Shown piece after piece: positions 28,135 through 37,214 of a stretch of DNA of 64,000 nucleotides; position 1 is the stretch's first letter, and each line of letters opens with the position of its first letter. The stretch is from an uncultured Alphaproteobacteria bacterium (lineage in GTDB: Bacteria; Pseudomonadota; Alphaproteobacteria; Rhizobiales; Xanthobacteraceae). Below the pieces are notes generated by a model. The model had not been told where the DNA came from. It did no database searches and saw only the letters and a program-made list of their open reading frames with translations. The DNA is taken from positions 99,095 to 163,094 of the forward strand of contig CAWFNG010000008.1 of the NCBI GenBank assembly GCA_963817135.1. Direction: 5' to 3'. A program made the position numbers and the translations under genes.

Positions 28135-28321
28135 GGACGAAGTATTCGTAGAGTAAGGGAGAGCCGGGGGCTGCTTGCGGCCAGCAGCTCGATTTGCTCG
28201 ACAGCGTCTTTGTCCACGGTTGCACTAGGTCGTCCCGACCCTACATCCAATTCGCAATTTGCGGCTGCCGCATTAGACTCCTCCTGCCGAATCGGCAGTC
28301 GGGCTGCATCACTGACGACCC

Positions 28322-29116
28322 ATGCGCCAGTATCTCGAATTAATCGAACGCATTCTCGCAACCGGCGCCAAGAAGGCGGATCGCACGGGCACCGGGACGT
28401 TGTCGATTTTCGGTCACCAGATGCGCTTCGACCTTGCGGAGGGCTTCCCGCTAACGACCACAAAGAAGCTGCATCTTAAGTCGATCGTCCACGAGCTGCT
28501 CTGGTTCCTCGCGGGCAGCACAAACATCCAATACCTCAATGAACATGGGGTGACGATCTGGGATGAATGGGCCGACGAGCGCGGCGAGCTTGGTCCGGTT
28601 TATGGCCGGCAGTGGCGATCATGGCCTGCGCCGGACGGCAGCGCTATCGATCAGATGGCGAACGTCATTAATGCCATCCGGCGCAATCCGGACTCGCGTC
28701 GGCTGATTGTGAGTGCCTGGAATCCGGCCGATATCGACCGGATGGCACTGCCGCCATGCCATTGCCTGTTTCAGTTCTATGTCGCGAACGGGCGGCTTTC
28801 CTGCCAGCTTTATCAGCGCTCGGCCGACGTCTTCATAGGGGTTCCATTCAATATCGCCTCCTATGCATTGCTTACATCGATGGTCGCGCAGGTCACCGGG
28901 CTCAAAGCAGGGGAATTCGTGCATACCTTCGGCGACGCTCATCTTTACCTTGATCATCTGGAGCAGGCGCGGGTCCAACTCGCGCGTCTGCCCCGGTTAT
29001 TGCCAAGGATGGTCCTCAATCCCAACGTCACGGACTTGTTTGCATTCCGCTACGAAGACTTCCGGTTGGAAGGCTACGATTCGCACCCCCATATCAAAGC
29101 GAAGGTGGCGGTGTGA
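28322..29116 (+). CDS. thyA: thymidylate synthase
   Basis: 264 aa. [25 protein letters not shown].., active-site PPCH.LFQFYV, and ending ..IKAKVAV. Confidence 0.95.
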   Translation: MRQYLELIERILATGAKKADRTGTGTLSIFGHQMRFDLAEGFPLTTTKKLHLKSIVHELLWFLAGSTNIQYLNEHGVTIWDEWADERGELGPVYGRQWRSWPAPDGSAIDQMANVINAIRRNPDSRRLIVSAWNPADIDRMALPPCHCLFQFYVANGRLSCQLYQRSADVFIGVPFNIASYALLTSMVAQVTGLKAGEFVHTFGDAHLYLDHLEQARVQLARLPRLLPRMVLNPNVTDLFAFRYEDFRLEGYDSHPHIKAKVAV

Positions 29117-29667
29117 CCGCAAAGCGCGGGTCTGCCGGTTTGCAATCTGTCGCTATTGTGCAGGTCGCTGCGGTCGCAACGAACGGCGTTATAGGGCAAT
29201 GCGGCCGACTGCCATGGCGCCTCAAATCGGAATTGCTGCATTTCCGCAAGGTCACCGTGGGTAAGCCGGTCATCATGGGTCGGCGTACCTATCTTTCCAT
29301 CGGCAAGCCGCTCGGGAGCCGAACCAATGTGGTGGTAAGTCGGGACTCGAACTTCGCCGCGCCGGGAGTTATTACGGCAGTAAGTATCGAAGCGGCGCTG
29401 GCAGTCGCACGCGGCGACGCGCTGCGGCGGGGAGCAGACGAAATTGTGGTGATCGGCGGCGCCGAGATCTACCATCAAACAATGGCCATGGCTGATCGGC
29501 TGCTTATTACCACCGTACATCTGCAGGCGGCTGGCGATATTCGATTTCCACCGATTGATGCGAACGTCTGGAGGCAAGTGAGCGCCAGCGAGCATGCCGC
29601 CGCGGCTGGCGACGACGCGAATTTCACTATCCGCGCTTACGAGCGCAAATCGGCCATACATTCCTGA
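29113..29667 (+). CDS. folA: dihydrofolate reductase
   Basis: ..[63 protein letters not shown] overlap with the thyA stop. The exact start is uncertain. Confidence 0.85.
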   Translation: MTAKRGSAGLQSVAIVQVAAVATNGVIGQCGRLPWRLKSELLHFRKVTVGKPVIMGRRTYLSIGKPLGSRTNVVVSRDSNFAAPGVITAVSIEAALAVARGDALRRGADEIVVIGGAEIYHQTMAMADRLLITTVHLQAAGDIRFPPIDANVWRQVSASEHAAAAGDDANFTIRAYERKSAIHS

Positions 29668-29825
29668 AGTTGTGCTGTGACGCCGCAGCCGCGGCGGGCG
29701 CGTTGTAACGCGCGGACGGCTCACTTATAACCCCAGCAACGCAGCCAGCGATCGTCCCGTTGCCGCTCCGCATGTGCCGGAGGCAAGGGAATGCGTCGTC
29801 AGTCTGGTGCATAGGGAGACAGCCG

Positions 29826-30962
29826 ATGCCATGGAGCAATCAGGGCGGCGGACCCTGGGGATCCGGAGGGGGTGGAGGCAAGGGTCCCTGGGGTTCGGGA
29901 CCGCAGCAGTCGGGACCGACGCCCCCGGATCTCGAAGAATTTCTGCGCCGTAGCCAGGACAAACTGCGTACCGTGTTGCCGGGTGGGAATCTCGGCGGCA
30001 AGGGGTTGAGCCTGATCCTGCTTGCTGCTGTGGCGATTTGGGGGTTCTCCGGTTTCTTCCGCGTTGATCCGGATGAACTTGGCGTGGTGCTGCGCTTCGG
30101 GAAATATGTTCGCGATGCAAAGCCCGGTCTCAATTATCACCTGCCATGGCCGGTCGAGTCGGTACTCACGCCCAAGGTTACCCGCGTCAACCGCATCGAT
30201 ATCGGCATGCGGCTGGTCGAGGACTTGCGTCGCGGCACCACTGTTCGTGACGTGCCGGAAGAAAGCCTGATGCTGACCGGGGACGAGAATATCGTCGATG
30301 TGGATTTTTCCGTGTTCTGGTTGGTCAAACCCGATGGCGCCGGCGATTACCTTTTCAACATCCAGCAACCGGAAGGGACGGTAAAAGCGGTCGCCGAAAG
30401 CGCCATGCGGGAAATCGTGGGCCGTTCCAATATCCAGCCCATTCTGACCGGCGCACGCCAGAATATCGAAACCGCCGTCCAGGAACTGATGCAAACGACG
30501 CTCGACAAATACGGATCAGGCATCCAGATAACGCAGGTACAGTTGCAGAAAGTCGATCCGCCGTCGCAGGTCATCGATTCCTTCCGCGATGTGCAGGCAG
30601 CTCGCTCCGACCTCGAGCGCGCGCAGAACGAAGCGCAGACCTATGCCAATAAAGTCGTTCCCGAGGCGCGCGGTCGGGCATCTCAGATCACTCAAAACGC
30701 TGAGGCCTATCGCGAGCAAACGGTTGCCGAGGCAAAGGGCGCGACCGCGCGTTTCCTGAAAGTCTACGATGAGTACAAGAAGGCGCCCGACGTCACCCGC
30801 CAGCGGATGTATCTGGAGACGATGGAGCGGCTGTTTGGAGGCACTGATAAGATCATTGTGGATCCCGGCGTTGGCGGCAGCGGAGGAGTGGTCCCCTATC
30901 TTCCGCTCGATCAGCTATCGCGTCGCCCACAGACCCCGCCGCAAACGGGAGGCACGCGATGA
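29826..30962 (+). CDS. hflK: FtsH protease modulator HflK
   Basis: MPWSNQGGGPWGSGGGG.. Gly-rich N-terminus, a TM segment and an SPFH/band-7 domain. Start at 29826 lies inside the longer ORF. Confidence 0.9.
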   Translation: MPWSNQGGGPWGSGGGGGKGPWGSGPQQSGPTPPDLEEFLRRSQDKLRTVLPGGNLGGKGLSLILLAAVAIWGFSGFFRVDPDELGVVLRFGKYVRDAKPGLNYHLPWPVESVLTPKVTRVNRIDIGMRLVEDLRRGTTVRDVPEESLMLTGDENIVDVDFSVFWLVKPDGAGDYLFNIQQPEGTVKAVAESAMREIVGRSNIQPILTGARQNIETAVQELMQTTLDKYGSGIQITQVQLQKVDPPSQVIDSFRDVQAARSDLERAQNEAQTYANKVVPEARGRASQITQNAEAYREQTVAEAKGATARFLKVYDEYKKAPDVTRQRMYLETMERLFGGTDKIIVDPGVGGSGGVVPYLPLDQLSRRPQTPPQTGGTR

Positions 30963-31894
30963 AGCTCAATGTTCTCGGCGGCGTCGTCGCCGGCCTCATC
31001 CTCGTGCTGCTGATCGTTGCTTACAGCACCTTGTTCACGGTCTATCAGACCAAGCAGGCCCTGGTGGTTCGCCTCGGCCAACCCGTACGGATCGTGACCG
31101 AGCCCGGCCTCAATTACAAAATCCCGCTGATCGATAGCGTAATCCCGGTCGACAAGCGAATTCTCGACCTGGAGAACCCGGCGCAGGAGGTGATCGCCTC
31201 CGACCAGAAGCGGCTCGTGGTCGATGCATTTGCCCGCTATCGGATCAAGGATCCGCTGAAATTCTACCAATCGGTCGGCAGCGTCGAAGGAGCCAATTCG
31301 CGGCTCTCGACTTTGCTTAATTCGGCGCTGCGTCGCGTTCTCGGCGAGGCTACGCTCACTCAGGTGGTTCGCGATCAACGCGAGCAGCTCATGGCGCGGG
31401 TGCGCGAGCAACTCGACAACGAGGCGCAAGCCTTTGGTATTTCAATCGTCGATGTCCGTATTCGGCGCGCCGATCTGCCGGAGCAGAACAGCCAGGCGGT
31501 GTATCAGCGAATGCAGACGGAGCGCCAGCGCGAAGCACAGGAGTTCCGTTCCCAGGGCACCCAACGGGCACAGGAAATTCGGGCGAAAGCGGATCGCGAC
31601 GTAACCGTGCTGCTCGCCGAAGCGCAATCGAAAGGCGAGCAAACCCGCGGCGAGGGCGACGCTGAACGCAACCGCATCTACGCCGAAGCCTATGGCAGGG
31701 ATCCGGATTTCTTTTCGTTCTATCGCTCCATGCAGGCCTACGAGACTGGCTTGCGCTCCAACGATACGCGCATGCTGCTCAGGCCGGATTCGAATTTCTT
31801 CCGGTTTTTCGCAGACCCGTCCGGCAAGGATCGGAACAACGGTTCTCCCCCGCCGGCCGGAACACCGCCTCCGACCGGATCGCCTGTCAGATAG
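30959..31894 (+). CDS. hflC: FtsH protease modulator HflC
   Basis: ATGA overlap with hflK and an SPFH domain (..VVRLGQPVRIVTEPGLNYKIPLIDSV..). Confidence 0.9.
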   Translation: MKLNVLGGVVAGLILVLLIVAYSTLFTVYQTKQALVVRLGQPVRIVTEPGLNYKIPLIDSVIPVDKRILDLENPAQEVIASDQKRLVVDAFARYRIKDPLKFYQSVGSVEGANSRLSTLLNSALRRVLGEATLTQVVRDQREQLMARVREQLDNEAQAFGISIVDVRIRRADLPEQNSQAVYQRMQTERQREAQEFRSQGTQRAQEIRAKADRDVTVLLAEAQSKGEQTRGEGDAERNRIYAEAYGRDPDFFSFYRSMQAYETGLRSNDTRMLLRPDSNFFRFFADPSGKDRNNGSPPPAGTPPPTGSPVR

Positions 31895-31934
31895 CCACCG
31901 GGGTCGGGGGTCTTGCGGGGGCGGTTAGCTGAAT

Positions 31935-32117
31935 ATGGCTCAGTTTCTTATCGCAGTCGGGCTCGTACTCGTCATCGAGGGCTTGCTTTTTGCCGCGTTT
32001 CCCGCCGCTGCCAAGCGCTTGGCTGCCACCGCAATCGAAAGCCCGGAAACTTCGTTGCGCGTTGCCGGCATCGTGTCCGCTGTGCTCGGTCTGCTGCTGA
32101 TCTGGCTAGTGCGGTGA
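31935..32117 (+). CDS. DUF2065-type small membrane protein
   Basis: 60 aa. MAQFLIAVGLVLVIEGLLFAAFP.., in the usual position after hflC. The last three codons and the stop come from the repeat element. Confidence 0.7.
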   Translation: MAQFLIAVGLVLVIEGLLFAAFPAAAKRLAATAIESPETSLRVAGIVSAVLGLLLIWLVR

Positions 32118-32154
32118 ATTTGAAGTTCCTCTCATTCTGGCCGCTAGCTCGTTC
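32106..32154. repeat. mosaic palindromic element, copy C (left half of module 1 only)
   Basis: CTAGTGCGGTGAATTTGAAGTTCCTCTCATTCTGGCCGCTAGCTCGTT matches the module-1 left arm and loop. No right arm follows. Confidence 0.7.
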
Positions 32155-32379
32155 TCCCAAGCCGGGTCCGCAGTCCCAATTCCGCCCCAATCCCAAGGGT
32201 ACTGTCCCGTTTGGGCATTGGCTTGCGTCCATGCTAAGCATGATCGCGAAAAGAGGACACTGCTTTTCGGCAAAAGATCCCGCTCAAACAAACAATTAGA
32301 GCGGGCTGACCATTTGATCAAAAGTCATCCCGCTCGAGGGCGGGAGCACTGTCTCGCCTCGATTGCTTTAGGAGCTCCC

Positions 32380-33867
32380 ATGTTCGGCACTCTCGCTCGA
32401 TTTGGACTGCAGGTCCGCCGGCCCTCAATGGCAGCGGCGATAGCGGCGGCAATCGTTTTGTCGGGGAATTCGATCTCTCATGCGGCGCGCGGGCCTGACA
32501 GCATTGCCGACGTTGCGGAAAAGGTGATCGATGCGGTCGTCAATATCTCGACCTCGCAAAAAGTCGAGGCGCGTAACACGCCAATGCCGCAGCTGCCTAA
32601 CGATCCGCAACTAGACGAATTGTTTCGGGATTTCTTCAACCGCCGCGGTCAAAACGAGCCGCAGAATCGCGAGCGAGGTCCGCGCCGGGTGAATTCGCTC
32701 GGGTCCGGGTTCATCATCGATTCGTCCGGCATTGTAGTGACCAACAATCATGTGATCTCTGAGGCCGACGAGATCACCGTTATTCTCAACGACGGTTCTC
32801 GGCTCAAGGCGGAGATCATCGGCAAGGATCAAAAAACCGACATCGCTTTGTTACGCGTGAAACCTGACAAGCCGCTCAAGGCGGTGAAATTCGGCGATTC
32901 CGACAGGCTGCGGCTTGGTGACTGGGTGATTGCCATCGGCAACCCGTTCAGCCTGGGCGGCACGGTCACCGCCGGAATCGTCTCGGCGCGCAACCGCGAC
33001 ATCAATTCGGGCCCGTACGACAATTACATCCAGACCGACGCTGCCATCAATCGCGGCAATTCAGGCGGTCCCTTGTTCAACCTCGACGGGGAAGTTGTCG
33101 GCATCAATACCGCTATCATCTCTCCTTCAGGTGGGTCTATCGGCATCGGTTTCGCGGTACCGTCAAAAACCGCCACCCCCGTGATCGATCAATTGAAGCA
33201 GTTCGGGGAGACGCGGCGCGGTTGGCTCGGTGTGCGCATCCAGCAGGTAACCGACGAGATTGCCGAGAGTCTGAACATCAAGCCGCCACGCGGTGCCCTG
33301 GTGGCCGGCGTCGATGATAAGGGGCCTGCCAAGCCTGCCGGCATCGAGCCGGGCGATGTGATTGTCAGGTTCGACGGCAAAGAGATCAAGGAGATGCGTG
33401 ACCTGCCACGGGTGGTCGCCGACACTCCGGTGGGCAAGCAAACCCCGGTTGTGGTCATCCGCAAAGGCAAGGAAGAGACCAAGACCGTCACTCTCGGCCA
33501 ACTCGAGGATGGCGAGAAACTTGCCGCTACCGATACAAAGAACGACAGCACGCCCGAGAACACAGTTGTGAAGAAGACCCTCGGGATTGAGCTGGCAAAT
33601 CTCTCCGGCGAACTGCGCAAGCGCTACAAGATCCGCGACACCGTCAAAGGCGTGGTGATCACCGGGGTCGATGCGAGTTCGCCCGCCGCGGATAAGCGGT
33701 TGTCGCCGGGCGATGTCATTGTCGAGATCGCACAGGAAGCGGTTGCAACGACGGACGAATTCCAGGCCAAGGTCGAAAAGCTCAAACAGGATGGTCGCAA
33801 ATCGGCGCTGCTCCTGGTGGCCGGCGCCGACGGTGAATTGCGCTTCGTGGCCCTGAGCCTGCAATAA
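32380..33867 (+). CDS. periplasmic serine endoprotease, HtrA/DegP/DegQ family (two PDZ domains)
   Basis: ATG at 32380 with AGGAG upstream. Signal peptide, catalytic ..TNNHV.., ..DIALL.. and ..GNSGGPL.., and two PDZ-like segments. Confidence 0.9.
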   Translation: MFGTLARFGLQVRRPSMAAAIAAAIVLSGNSISHAARGPDSIADVAEKVIDAVVNISTSQKVEARNTPMPQLPNDPQLDELFRDFFNRRGQNEPQNRERGPRRVNSLGSGFIIDSSGIVVTNNHVISEADEITVILNDGSRLKAEIIGKDQKTDIALLRVKPDKPLKAVKFGDSDRLRLGDWVIAIGNPFSLGGTVTAGIVSARNRDINSGPYDNYIQTDAAINRGNSGGPLFNLDGEVVGINTAIISPSGGSIGIGFAVPSKTATPVIDQLKQFGETRRGWLGVRIQQVTDEIAESLNIKPPRGALVAGVDDKGPAKPAGIEPGDVIVRFDGKEIKEMRDLPRVVADTPVGKQTPVVVIRKGKEETKTVTLGQLEDGEKLAATDTKNDSTPENTVVKKTLGIELANLSGELRKRYKIRDTVKGVVITGVDASSPAADKRLSPGDVIVEIAQEAVATTDEFQAKVEKLKQDGRKSALLLVAGADGELRFVALSLQ

Positions 33868-33883
33868 CCAAGCGGATCAATCG

Positions 33884-34783
33884 CTACTCAGTCACGAACT
33901 CCTCGCGCCGGTATCCTTGCGCATAGAGGAGCGCCGTGAGATCGCCGTAGTCCACACGCGCGGCCGCAGCCTGCGCCACTTTCGGCTTGGCATGGTAGGC
34001 CACTCCCAACCCTGCGGCGGCGATCATCGCAAGGTCATTGGCGCCGTCGCCGGCAACAAGCGTGTCGTCCGGCCGCAGATTCAATTGCAAGGTTAATTCC
34101 TTCAGGGTCGCAAGCTTGCCGTCGCGAGCAAAAACCGGCTCGGCTACGATTCCGGTCAGGACGCCATGGCCGTCGACGACGAGCGTGTTGGCGCGACTCT
34201 CATCGAAGCCGAGCATCCCCGCAATCCGATCAGTGAATAGAGTGAAACCGCCCGTGACCAGACACGCATATGCGCCGTAATGGCGCATGGTGGTGACCAG
34301 AGCGAGGGCACCCGGGTTGAGGCGAATCCGGCTGCGGATCACTTCCTCGACCACGGATACTGGCAGGCCCTTGAGCAGGGCCACGCGCGCTCGCAGCGCC
34401 GGCTCGAACTCCACCTCGCCGCGCATCGCGCGCTCGGTAATGGCGGCGACCTCCTGTTTCACTCCGGCGTAGTCAGCCAGCTCATCGATGCATTCCTGGC
34501 CGATCATGGTGGAATCCATGTCGCTGAGGAGAAGCTTCTTGCGCCGGCCGGTCGTGCCCTGCACCACAATGTCGATCGGCGCCCCGGCGAGCGCCTCGCG
34601 GATGCGTTTGCCAGTTGCGCGACTTTCCGACTGCTGCGCGCTAAAGGGAATGTCGACGGCAATGCCGACATCGAGCCAGATCGGTTGTTCGCTGCGAGCG
34701 AGCGCGCCGCGCGCGCGTCCGATTGCACGATCGTCGATGGCAGGCGTTGCTGGATTCGAGATCAGAGTTGCGACGAAGGACAT
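33884..34783 (-). CDS. serB: phosphoserine phosphatase
   Basis: HAD motifs ..[11 protein letters not shown].. and ..[12 protein letters not shown].., with an ACT-like N-terminus. Confidence 0.9.
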   Translation of the reverse strand: MSFVATLISNPATPAIDDRAIGRARGALARSEQPIWLDVGIAVDIPFSAQQSESRATGKRIREALAGAPIDIVVQGTTGRRKKLLLSDMDSTMIGQECIDELADYAGVKQEVAAITERAMRGEVEFEPALRARVALLKGLPVSVVEEVIRSRIRLNPGALALVTTMRHYGAYACLVTGGFTLFTDRIAGMLGFDESRANTLVVDGHGVLTGIVAEPVFARDGKLATLKELTLQLNLRPDDTLVAGDGANDLAMIAAAGLGVAYHAKPKVAQAAAARVDYGDLTALLYAQGYRREEFVTE

Positions 34784-34786
34784 GCA

Positions 34787-35716
34787 ATGGCCGCTCAGGC
34801 AGCATCACAGCGGGCGCTGCTTATTGCAGGGGCCACCGCCAGCGGCAAGTCGGCAGTGGCGCTTGCGCTTGCGGAAAAGCTCGGCGCAACCATCATCAAT
34901 GCGGATTCGATGCAGGTCTACCGGGATCTGCGCATTATCACGGCGCGACCGACGCCGGAGGAGGAGGGGCGTGTTCCCCATCGTCTGTATGGTCACGTTG
35001 ACGCCGCCGAGAATTATTCGGTCGGCCGCTGGTGTGTCGATGCCAGCGCAGCCATCGCAGAGGCCATGCAGGCGGGGTCGCTGCCGATCGTGGTCGGCGG
35101 CACCGGGCTTTATTTCAAGATCCTCACGCAGGGGCTTGCCCGCATTCCGCCGATCCCGTCTGAATTGCGCGCGCGTATTCGCAGACGCCTGCAGACCGAA
35201 GGCGTTGCTGCGCTCTACGCCGACTTGAGCGCGCGGGATGCGCACACGGCGCGGCGCCTGATGCCGGCTGACCGCGCGCGTATTGTGCGTGCACTCGAAG
35301 TCATGTTGGCAACCGGCCGGTCGCTGGCGGATTGGCAGCGCGAGGGCATGCAGCCCGTCTTCGCTGCCCATAACGCGCTGCGAATATTCCTCGCGATGGA
35401 TCGCGATGAACTCTATCGCCGCATCAATGCCCGCTTCGATGCCATGCTCGCAGCCGGGGCGCTGGAGGAGGTACGGGGGCTTTATGCCCGCGATCTTGAT
35501 CCGGCGCTTCCCGCCATGAAGGCACATGGGGTGCCTTGGCTGATTGCGCATTTCCGCGGCGAAATGGATTTGGCGGCAGCGGCCGAGGCGGCAAAGCGCG
35601 ACACCCGCCGTTACACCAAGCGCCAAGCCACCTGGTTCCGGCATCAACTGCCGGATTGGACCTGGGTCGCTCCCGAAAGCGCAGTCGGCGAGATCATGCG
35701 GGCACTAGTGCGGTGA
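34787..35716 (+). CDS. miaA: tRNA dimethylallyltransferase
   Basis: ATG at 34787 with GAAGGA upstream. [45 protein letters not shown]. The last codons (LVR) and the stop lie in repeat copy D. Confidence 0.9.
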   Translation: MAAQAASQRALLIAGATASGKSAVALALAEKLGATIINADSMQVYRDLRIITARPTPEEEGRVPHRLYGHVDAAENYSVGRWCVDASAAIAEAMQAGSLPIVVGGTGLYFKILTQGLARIPPIPSELRARIRRRLQTEGVAALYADLSARDAHTARRLMPADRARIVRALEVMLATGRSLADWQREGMQPVFAAHNALRIFLAMDRDELYRRINARFDAMLAAGALEEVRGLYARDLDPALPAMKAHGVPWLIAHFRGEMDLAAAAEAAKRDTRRYTKRQATWFRHQLPDWTWVAPESAVGEIMRALVR

Positions 35717-36032
35717 ATTTGAAGTTCCTATCATAACTGGCCGCAAGCTCGTTTAGGAACTTCAAATTCAAAACCGCACTAGAAATCATAGAGTTGCTAG
35801 TGGTCCTTAAATTCCGAAGTTCGCATCTGAACGTGCCGCGAGTGGTGGCGAACTTCGGAATCGGACCACTAGTGCCCCGCTTCCGAAGTTCGTGATACAT
35901 TGCGGCACCCTCCGATACGAACTTCGGAAGCAAAGGGGCACTAGCAACTATAATCCTAGTGCCGCTTTTCGATTTGAAGTTCCTTCACGAGCTTGCTGCA
36001 ACCGCTGTAGGAACTTCAAATCGGCGGCACTG
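35705..36032. repeat. mosaic palindromic element, copy D (four modules; second-order palindrome)
   Basis: Modules at 35705-35782, 35797-35872, 35869-35944 and 35956-36032. Each is a CTAGTG..CACTAG hairpin with a GAAGTTC(C/G) core. Module 4 is an inverted, diverged module 1, and module 3 is a variant of module 2. Confidence 0.85.
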
Positions 36033-36865
36033 GAACGCTGACGCGGCTTCCAACGCCATGCGCCGGCAGCCGCCGCGAGGAGGCCCGCTGCAAGCACCCA
36101 CCAAGCAGGGCGGATTTCCAGGTCGAAATCGAGTTGCGCGAGCAGGATCATGCGGCCGTCGACGCCGCTCGTGATCAGGTAGATGGTTGCTTCCGCCGCA
36201 GCGGTTGCGGCCGCGACCGTGCACGCCAGCAGCACGAGGTGATAGGGGGTCATCTCGCCGTTCCGCCGGAGCAGCACGCGGTAGAGCAGCAGCCACAGCA
36301 GAAACCCCGTCATCAATACCGGCTGATAGATGTTGAGCTTGGATTGCATGAAGAAGTGCACTGCGGCGAGCGGGGCAATGGCGTAGACCAGGCGGTGCAG
36401 CCTTTTCCAGCGCGCCCCGCCAAGCCGGCGGATCGCGGCATCGGTTGAAGTCGCGGCGAGCGCGATCAATCCCGTCAAAGCGAGCGCGCCGATCACGAGA
36501 TAAATCCGGCGCACGATCTCGCTGGCCACCTTGAACAGGTCGAAATGTTGATCGACCACGTAGAGCGATAGGTGAAGCACGGCATAACCTGCCGCAGCAA
36601 CGCCCAACGTGCGGCGGGTAAGGACAAGGCGCGGGTAGTTGAGGATACGTTGCGCCGGCGTGACCAGGAGCGTCACCAGGAGCAGACGGAACGCCCAGTC
36701 GCCGGCTTGGTGAATTGCCTCGGTCACCGGGCGAGCGCCAAGGGCGCCGGTTGCGGCCTGGTACGCGATCCAGATTGCCGGCAGCACTGCCGCTGCGAAG
36801 GCGGCAATCTTTATCGGGGACCAGTGTCCCGACTGTTCGCGGAGAAATCGCATGACGAATGGCAT
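35948..36865 (-). CDS. ferric-reductase-like transmembrane protein (MsrQ/YedZ-related)
   Basis: Polytopic with conserved His in TM segments (..AVLHLSLYV.., ..LAAVHFFMQ..). The C-terminal ~26 aa (..SAADLKFLQRLQQAREGTSNRKAALGL) are encoded by repeat module 4. No msrP partner is adjacent. Confidence 0.55.
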   Translation of the reverse strand: MPFVMRFLREQSGHWSPIKIAAFAAAVLPAIWIAYQAATGALGARPVTEAIHQAGDWAFRLLLVTLLVTPAQRILNYPRLVLTRRTLGVAAAGYAVLHLSLYVVDQHFDLFKVASEIVRRIYLVIGALALTGLIALAATSTDAAIRRLGGARWKRLHRLVYAIAPLAAVHFFMQSKLNIYQPVLMTGFLLWLLLYRVLLRRNGEMTPYHLVLLACTVAAATAAAEATIYLITSGVDGRMILLAQLDFDLEIRPAWWVLAAGLLAAAAGAWRWKPRQRSSAADLKFLQRLQQAREGTSNRKAALGL

Positions 36866-37005
36866 ACCGCCTTGTCAGATCACTTCTAATTAAATCAATC
36901 GTGTGATTTCGCCGTAGCCCTGAGTTCATCTCTTATGAAATCTCGGCGCCACTGTCCCGGATTGAGCGAAGACGCCCAATCCGGGCTACATTCATACGTT
37001 TTTGC

Positions 37006-37184
37006 TTGACGCCGCGGCCTCGCATCCCCTATAAGCGCCCGCAAGGAAATGACCAAATAGGCCTGCAATGCGTAATTTTATTACTCGAACTCGTAACCGT
37101 AGGCAGGCGCATCGCCGCCGGTGGCTAGCCCATCGGCAAATGCGGCGGTGCGCAGAAAGGCCCTTGCGGGCCTTTTTGATTTTG
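37006..37184 (+). promoter_or_regulatory. putative ilvIH promoter and leader/attenuator
   Basis: TTGACG (37006-37011), an 18-nt spacer, then TATAAG (37030-37035). A Val/Ile/Leu-rich codon run (GTA ATT TTA TTA CTC GAA CTC GTA ACC GTA) spans 37072-37101. A stem pairs 37108-37121 with 37141-37153. Terminator AAAGGCCC-ttgc-GGGCCTTT plus T-run lies at 37156-37184. Confidence 0.4.
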
Positions 37185-37214
37185 CGGGGCTGAGGAACCT
37201 AATAGGAGACAATA

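Noticed and set aside
24067-36032. The repeated ~70-bp units might be a CRISPR array.
   Set aside because: The units are internally palindromic and sit at four separate loci rather than in a regular repeat-spacer-repeat array. There are no unique spacers of constant length and no cas genes in the window.
37068-37199. The ATG-initiated leader ORF MRNFITRTRNRRQAHRRRW.. as the ilv leader peptide.
   Set aside because: It contains almost no Ile/Leu/Val codons and runs through the terminator. The ILV-rich run lies in the neighbouring frame (see finding), so the ATG ORF as assembled is not a convincing attenuation peptide.
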